From contig JAZSOD010000093.1 in assembly GCA_045536775.1 (NCBI GenBank), positions 1 to 60,904 on the forward strand: a DNA stretch of 60,904 bases. Direction: 5' to 3'. Positions 56,143-60,904 of the stretch are shown in pieces. The first letter of the stretch is position 1; every line of letters begins with the position of its first letter. A program made the translations under genes and the position numbers. The stretch is from Eubacteriales bacterium. GTDB taxonomy: Bacteria; Bacillota; Clostridia; Oscillospirales; CAG-272. The notes under the pieces are model-generated. The model was given only the letters and a program-made list of their open reading frames with translations, was not told the DNA's origin and searched no databases.

Positions 56143-59100
56143 ATGAAAAAGTTTCTTGCACTCATCCTTGCAGTTCTTATGATCGCAGGTAGCGCAGTTT
56201 CCGTAGCAGCGTTTGACGACGTTAGCGGAAAGTACGCTGATGCAATCAACGGACTTCAGGCAACAGGAATCGTTGCAGGTACATCTGAGACAACATTCAC
56301 TCCCGATGCACTTGTAACAAGATGGCAGATGGCTCTCTTTATGGCTAGAGCAGCTTCTGCAGTAACAGACGACGCAGACTGGGCAGAAGGCGCTAAGATC
56401 TTCACAGACTGCACACAGTACCTCGGAGCTATCCAGTACTGCTTCGGTAGAGGAATCATCAAGGGCGTAACAGCTACTGAATTCGCTCCTGACAACAACA
56501 TCCTCTTCAGAGACGGTATCATCATGGCTATCCGTGCTCTCGGTTACGAGAAGGAAGACGAGGGTCTTGAAGCAAGCGCTAAGAAGTACAACAAGACAGG
56601 CGCAGCTTACTGGACTCCTTACTACGAGAGAGCTATTGAGCTCGGCCTCCTCGAGAACCTCGGCAACGTAGCAGTTGACAAGGCTCTCACACGTGCTGAA
56701 ACAGCTCAGCTCATCTACAACATGCTCTACACACCCGTTTACGCTAAGGACGGCGCTAACACCAACAACTACACTCTTTACGATGTAGCATTTGGTGGCA
56801 AGGCAATCGTTGAAGTTGAAAACTCCATGAAGGCATGGGTTGCTGAAACTCCCGGCTACTTCTTCGGTACAAACGATACACTTGATGCAGACGATGAAGA
56901 AATCGTTATCGCTTGGAATGAGTATGACGAGGATGCTGAGGCATACACAGTTGAAACAGACAACGTTACATTCGACGAGCTCACAAAGTGGGGCGTTGAC
57001 GTTGAGAACATCGACGAGTACTTCGCAGCTGCTCTCGAAATCATCAACTATGATAAAGATGACGTTTCTGACTTCGAGTACCTTGCTAACTTCGAAAAGG
57101 TAGCTCCCAAGGCTCTCACAAACGCTGACGTTAAGTTCACTTACAATGCTGATGACTCCATCAAGTACGCAAAGATCGGTACAAAGACTCACTACGAAGC
57201 AGGCGATGGCGAAAAGAACGAAATCGCTCTTTACACAGTTGATACTGCAGACGACGATCTTGACGAGATTGTATACGCAGCAACAACATTCGAAGCTATC
57301 GACGGCAATAACTACGATCTCGTAGTTTACGACGTTGACGGCGACAACTACTTCGAGTACGGTTACGTAAACTTCTACAAGATGGACGTTTACGAAGAAG
57401 CTAACACCAAGGGTGTTGAGCAGTTCGGCGATATGGACGGTCTCACAGAGGTTGTTTACTCTGAGACACTCAAGGAAGGCGACGTATTCGTTTACGCATT
57501 CGACCTCGCTACAAAGACTGTATCCGTTAAGGAAGTTGTTGAAGCAGCTACCGGTAAGATCACAGGCTACAGCGAAAAGAAGACTGACGACGGTATCGTA
57601 GGTTACGTTACTATCGGCGGCACAAAGTACACAATCGATCCCGCTGCAAACAACCCTATTACCATCGTTGATGACGGCGAAACAGGAATTGATGAAACTA
57701 CTGCTGACGACCTTAAGACAGCTGCAGCTGCAGGTATAGCAAAGACATACGAATACTACACTCTCGGCGGTAAGCTCGTAGCATTCGGTAAAGAGATTAC
57801 AGAAGAAGCTGCTGTTAACTACCTCATTATCAAGGACTTCACAGACTTTGAGCTCTACGATCACGTTGTAATGACAGCATTCATCGACGGCGAAGACAAA
57901 GAAATCAAGGTTCAGAAGATTACAAGAATTAACAAGGAAACCGGCGAAGCTCTCCCTGCTTCTAAGCTCAACACTAAGGGCTACAGTGCTCTCGCAGCAG
58001 AGCTCCAGGGTCTCTTCGGTATCTACACATACACTGTAGACGCAGACGATTACTACACCCTTACGGAAAAGCCTCTTGCACATGATGTTGCTGACTTTAT
58101 TGGCAGCGACACTGCTATCAAGTTCAAGGATGGCGTACAGACAAACGCTAAGGTTTCTGCTGAAGAAGAAGAAGATGGCCTCATCGCAAGAAACAAGATG
58201 CTCAGACTCAGTGCTGACACTGCTATCTACCTCATCGACACAGAGCAGGAGAAGATTACAACTGTTGCAGCAAAGACATCCGGCGAATTCGAAATCCCCG
58301 TAGCTGCAACCGCTAAATTCTACGCTGACAAGATCGGTTTCGGTCAGGAAAATATTTCTGATGAGTGGACAACAGGTGTTGCAAGCGTTATCTATATCGA
58401 AGCTAATGGAGCAAAAGACGCTATAAATGCAGCTAACTACAAGCTCATCTTCGTTCAGGAAGAAGCTGCTGACCTCGAGCTCGGCACAGCTGCAGGCTTC
58501 GGCATCAAGGATACTGACGGTGACGAAACTAAGGACCAGGCATACGTTAAGTACGACGTATCTGACAAGGCATTCGTTCTCTCTACATTCGCTGGCGTAG
58601 ACACTGTTTACGTTGAGAAGGGAGAAAACGTAGCTCCTCTTGCAGATGGTGCATACGTAATCGACGCTGAGGGCAAGGTTGTTGCAAGCAAGTCTCTCGA
58701 TGATATCAAGGCTGCTGCTAACGGAGATATCTACCTCACAGTTACCGATGCAAGCCTTACCGGTACCGCAAAGTTCTACTTTACAGTAGCTGAAATTGCA
58801 TCTACAGAAATCGACCTCTACAACTACGCCGATATCAGAATTGACGATGCCGACAATGTTGTTCAGTTTGATACTCGTGATGCTGCTAGAGCAGATGCTA
58901 ACAGCCTCAAGGCTAACATACAGACTCTCCACTTCATGGATCTCACAATCAATGAAGATGATGAGATTGTAACAAAGTTCTACGATGCAACTGTAGCTCC
59001 TACAGTTAAGCCCGCTCTCATCAAGCTTATGGAAGACTATGAAGCTGATGATGAAACTGTAAAGGTTATCTACGCTAGTAACAAGGCAAACGCTGCTTTC

Positions 59101-59166
59101 GATTACAAGACTGCAGTTGCTAACAAGACTCTTAACGCAGTAATCATCAACAACATCGGTGAGTAA
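56143..59166 (+). CDS. S-layer homology (SLH) domain surface protein, probable S-layer protein
   Basis: Signal peptide; three N-terminal SLH repeats (FDDVSGKYADAINGLQATGIVAGTSETTFTPDALVTRWQMALFMARA etc.); acidic 1007-aa body; extreme codon bias. Confidence 0.85.
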   Translation: MKKFLALILAVLMIAGSAVSVAAFDDVSGKYADAINGLQATGIVAGTSETTFTPDALVTRWQMALFMARAASAVTDDADWAEGAKIFTDCTQYLGAIQYCFGRGIIKGVTATEFAPDNNILFRDGIIMAIRALGYEKEDEGLEASAKKYNKTGAAYWTPYYERAIELGLLENLGNVAVDKALTRAETAQLIYNMLYTPVYAKDGANTNNYTLYDVAFGGKAIVEVENSMKAWVAETPGYFFGTNDTLDADDEEIVIAWNEYDEDAEAYTVETDNVTFDELTKWGVDVENIDEYFAAALEIINYDKDDVSDFEYLANFEKVAPKALTNADVKFTYNADDSIKYAKIGTKTHYEAGDGEKNEIALYTVDTADDDLDEIVYAATTFEAIDGNNYDLVVYDVDGDNYFEYGYVNFYKMDVYEEANTKGVEQFGDMDGLTEVVYSETLKEGDVFVYAFDLATKTVSVKEVVEAATGKITGYSEKKTDDGIVGYVTIGGTKYTIDPAANNPITIVDDGETGIDETTADDLKTAAAAGIAKTYEYYTLGGKLVAFGKEITEEAAVNYLIIKDFTDFELYDHVVMTAFIDGEDKEIKVQKITRINKETGEALPASKLNTKGYSALAAELQGLFGIYTYTVDADDYYTLTEKPLAHDVADFIGSDTAIKFKDGVQTNAKVSAEEEEDGLIARNKMLRLSADTAIYLIDTEQEKITTVAAKTSGEFEIPVAATAKFYADKIGFGQENISDEWTTGVASVIYIEANGAKDAINAANYKLIFVQEEAADLELGTAAGFGIKDTDGDETKDQAYVKYDVSDKAFVLSTFAGVDTVYVEKGENVAPLADGAYVIDAEGKVVASKSLDDIKAAANGDIYLTVTDASLTGTAKFYFTVAEIASTEIDLYNYADIRIDDADNVVQFDTRDAARADANSLKANIQTLHFMDLTINEDDEIVTKFYDATVAPTVKPALIKLMEDYEADDETVKVIYASNKANAAFDYKTAVANKTLNAVIINNIGE

Positions 59167-59201
59167 TTTATAATTAAGTTACTCAATATGAGTTGATCAT
59201 T

Positions 59202-59233
59202 CGCCCCCTCGGGTTTCCGAGGGGGCGTTTTTT
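59202..59233 (+). terminator. Strong rho-independent terminator
   Basis: 11-bp GC stem cgccccctcgg/ccgagggggcg followed by T6. Confidence 0.9.
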
Positions 59234-59387
59234 GTTTCATATTTCAAAGACAATTATTTGTACTCTGCAATTAACCGTTTTCTTGGCTCAATACTTGACA
59301 AAATACTATCGCGTTGGTATAATATATTCTATGTAAGAATGATTATTATGCGGTATTATGCCTTGCAGTCGAGAGGAGTTGTCACAA

Positions 59388-60452
59388 ATGAAAATAGCGG
59401 CAGCGTTAAGCGGCGGCGTTGACAGCTCTGTTGCGGCGTATCTACTGAAGCGCGATGGCTTTGACCTTTGCGGAATGACCTTCAGAATGCTCGATAATGA
59501 CGGCTTTTTGGACGGCGACACTCCGTGTATGACGGATGAAGACGTTATTTCTGCGCGTGACACGGCGGCAAAGCTCGGCATACCGCACTACCTTTTTAAC
59601 TACGGCGAAAATTTCAAGCGCGACGTGGTGGATAACTTCGTTTCGACCTACCTCGCAGGCGGAACACCTAACCCCTGTATTGAATGTAACAGATGCGTAA
59701 AATTTGGCGCGCTCCTTGCTCACGCTGAGGAGCTTGGCTACACTCATATAGCAACGGGTCACTACGCGAGAGTCGAGTATGACGCAGGCTCGGACAGGTA
59801 TCTCCTGAAGCGTGCGGCTGACCCTGCAAAGGATCAGACCTACGTTCTGTATACTCTCACGCAGGAGAGGCTTTCCAAGATAATACTGCCTCTCGGTGGA
59901 TACACCAAGGACGAAATACGCGAGCTTGCGCGTGAAAACGGCTTTAAGTCGGCGGACAAGCCCGAAAGTCAGGACATCTGCTTTGTGCCGGACGGCGACT
60001 ACGCCGCTTTTATAGAAAGATACACGGGAAAACCCGACGTGCAGGGCGATTTCGTCGACTGTGACGGCAATATTCTCGGTACTCACAAGGGAATAACCCA
60101 TTATACCGTTGGTCAGGGCAAACGGCTGGGTATTGCGATCGGCAGAAAGGCGTTCGTTTGCGATATTGACCCCGTTAGCCGCAGGATCACCCTCGGTGAC
60201 AACGATATGCTTATGAAAAGCAGTCTTGATGCAACGGATGTAAATATTATTGTGGCAGACAGAATCCCCGACGCCGCACGCGTCGAGGTCAAGATAAGAT
60301 ATGCGGCAAAGCCCGCGCTCGCAAAAGTGTGGCAAACGGGCGAAAACTCCGTACACGTTGAATTTGACACACCACAACGCGCTATAACACGCGGTCAGTC
60401 CGTGGTTATGTACGATGGCGATACTGTCGTTGGTGGTGGGAAGATTATATAG
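59388..60452 (+). CDS. mnmA: tRNA 2-thiouridine(34) synthase
   Basis: Start at MKIAAALSGGVDSSVAAYLL (PP-loop SGGxDS); catalytic Cys context NPCIECN. Confidence 0.9.
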   Translation: MKIAAALSGGVDSSVAAYLLKRDGFDLCGMTFRMLDNDGFLDGDTPCMTDEDVISARDTAAKLGIPHYLFNYGENFKRDVVDNFVSTYLAGGTPNPCIECNRCVKFGALLAHAEELGYTHIATGHYARVEYDAGSDRYLLKRAADPAKDQTYVLYTLTQERLSKIILPLGGYTKDEIRELARENGFKSADKPESQDICFVPDGDYAAFIERYTGKPDVQGDFVDCDGNILGTHKGITHYTVGQGKRLGIAIGRKAFVCDIDPVSRRITLGDNDMLMKSSLDATDVNIIVADRIPDAARVEVKIRYAAKPALAKVWQTGENSVHVEFDTPQRAITRGQSVVMYDGDTVVGGGKII

Positions 60453-60454
60453 TT

Positions 60455-60904
60455 GGCTTTACGCGTTTGAAGATTTTATGCCGCTTTTTGAAAAAAGCGG
60501 CGCAAAAACTTCAAATAGCGCAAAGACATGTCTTTGCGCGACGCTGATGTAACTCGTCCACACTCTAAATTTTATTTAATGTCAGGGTATGGGTTGAAGT
60601 TATATTTGCCGCAGAACTTCACGCGCGCTTTGCCCGTGGGGGCGTCCCCACCCGCCAAGCAGGGCTTGACATCCAACAATAAACAAACGCGTTAAAACGA
60701 AATTATGCGTCCCCAGACTTCGCACAGCGTGAGGATAAACGTTTCGCCGGGGATTCAAAAGGGGCGGGTAGCACCCGCTGGCATGGAGCGCGTATTGCTT
60801 TGCGGCAAGTGAAATCTTAACCCGTACCCTGATATTTCCAAAAGCCTCTCACTTTGGGAGAGGTGGCACGCGAAGCGTGACGGAGAGGGTCCCCTTTTGC
60901 GAGA
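60455..60904. repeat. Intergenic repeat block to window end: B hairpin, C palindrome, inverted R1 (with deletion), inverted R3 part, inverted R5, A(+)
   Basis: B hairpin at 60480-60501; palindrome at 60518-60539; 60553-60668 is inverted R1 lacking about 30 nt; 60706-60772 is the inverted R3 3' part; 60785-60835 is inverted R5; A(+) at 60842-60893. Confidence 0.85.

Noticed and set aside
56113-58932. A 939-aa Cys/Val-rich ORF antisense to the SLH protein gene, the longest antisense ORF in the window
   Set aside because: It is in exact codon register with the sense gene, so it only reflects the absence of TTA/CTA/TCA codons in a highly biased gene. It has a nonsensical low-complexity composition and no SD. 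The sense strand has a clear signal peptide and SLH domains.
27145-60904. Whether the repeated intergenic units could be a CRISPR array or arrays
   Set aside because: There is no regular repeat-spacer periodicity, the units differ in length and orientation, and they are dispersed between genes. No cas genes are present.

Overview
The window looks like a chromosomal segment of a spore-forming, S-layer-bearing Clostridia-type Firmicute; the taxon is my inference from gene content. Most of it is housekeeping: prfA, Sua5-type TsaC, a GyrA/ParC-type subunit, the CCA enzyme, a SpoIID-domain protein, hflX, dut, maf, nth, cinA, galK, rlmH, dnaG-rpoD, ribF, ygiQ, mnmA and an amino-acid ABC transporter. 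Two things stand out. (1) At 10.8-23.2 kb, about 20 co-oriented phage-derived genes encode a capsid, a short tail and lysis functions. The cluster has no integrase, repressor, replication genes or tape measure. It encodes its own Prp-type protease, and its scaffold and capsid genes share a matching N-terminal leader. I read it as a candidate GTA-like or domesticated particle, or an unusually minimal prophage. (2) Almost every long intergenic spacer is built from one shared set of hairpin-rich modular repeats, called R1-R5 and modules A, B and C here. Several hairpins keep their pairing through compensatory base changes between copies, there are terminal inverted repeats and nested or shuffled arrangements, and one copy sits inside the phage lysis cassette. 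A RayT/IS200-like Y1 transposase relic lacking the HUH motif lies at 49.7 kb. Long antisense ORFs, including a 939-aa one opposite the S-layer gene, are codon-usage artefacts. No rRNA, tRNA or CRISPR array was recognised.
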